This document shows positions 25,160-25,479 of a stretch of 25,479 nucleotides of DNA, in pieces. The notes under the pieces were generated by a model that saw only the letters and a program-made list of their open reading frames with translations, did not search any database and was not told the origin of the DNA. This stretch comes from a virus (lineage: Duplodnaviria > Caudoviricetes), in the IMG/VR virus record IMGVR_UViG_3300012665_001208, positions 1 through 25,479 of that record. One strand, written 5' to 3'. Within the stretch, counting starts at the first letter, position 1; every line of letters begins with the position of its first letter. Both the position numbers and the translations under genes were made by a program.

Positions 25160-25479
25160 TGTTTTTAGATAATGATTTAATTAACCACCTTCAAACAAAA
25201 AATAGTATTGATGTAGATTCTTTAGTTATTGCTGAGTGGAATCAAAATGATTTACTTAACCTTGATAATTATGGAAACTATAGGTTTAGACCAGATGATG
25301 CAAATGTTGTATACAGAACTATTTCTTCACAATATGACCCTCAAGACTTGTCAGACTCTTACACAAACGCTCTAGATTCTAATTATATTTCTAAATACAA
25401 AACAGAAGATCCAAATGAACCTTTGATATTTTCTTCAGGAGAAACAGCTAGAGACCTTTATTTTTCATTAAAAGATTGT
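25159..25479 (+). CDS. Minor tail/baseplate protein (3' partial)
   Basis: TAATG-coupled ATG at 25159. The frame is open to the window end (MFLDNDLINHLQTKNSIDVDSLVIAEWNQN...LYFSLKDC). Missing from the ORF track because it has no stop in the window. Confidence 0.8.
   Translation, partial: MFLDNDLINHLQTKNSIDVDSLVIAEWNQNDLLNLDNYGNYRFRPDDANVVYRTISSQYDPQDLSDSYTNALDSNYISKYKTEDPNEPLIFSSGETARDLYFSLKDC

Noticed and set aside
1-25479. Alternative genetic code, tRNA genes or CRISPR array
   Set aside because: TAA, TAG and TGA all end genes sensibly with dense standard-code coding, and intergenic gaps show no cloverleaf or repeat-spacer pattern.

Overview
A low-GC segment (roughly one-third GC by eye) of a tailed dsDNA phage genome with siphovirus-type morphogenesis genes, almost all on the + strand. 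Gene order: His-rich tail-collar fibre (5'-truncated), small fibre-associated protein, holin-like membrane protein, GT-B glycosyltransferase, amidase-like protein lacking catalytic residues, one minus-strand Cys-containing protein, class II (B12-dependent) ribonucleotide reductase, 1203-aa LamG-like protein, conserved hypothetical, portal, HK97-type prohead protease with a nested scaffold start, major capsid protein, neck/tail-completion genes, major tail protein, tail assembly chaperone pair joined by a -1 frameshift, 2164-aa tape measure protein (TMP), distal tail protein and a 3'-truncated minor tail gene. By recollection of similar genomes it resembles large actinobacterial phages, especially freshwater ones; this is inference, not a search result. 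I saw no terminase, integrase, tRNA or CRISPR. The most interesting signals are: (1) a TMP in which a conserved 23-aa repeat brackets a non-helical, possibly HNH-like cargo domain; (2) a membrane protein / glycosyltransferase / pseudo-amidase cassette behind the only canonical -35/-10 promoter I found, which carries an operator-like palindrome; (3) -10-only promoters embedded in inverted repeats, including an interlocked bidirectional pair and an SD-occluding hairpin; (4) a clear CCCAAAC frameshift site with a downstream hairpin. All family assignments are motif recognition by eye.
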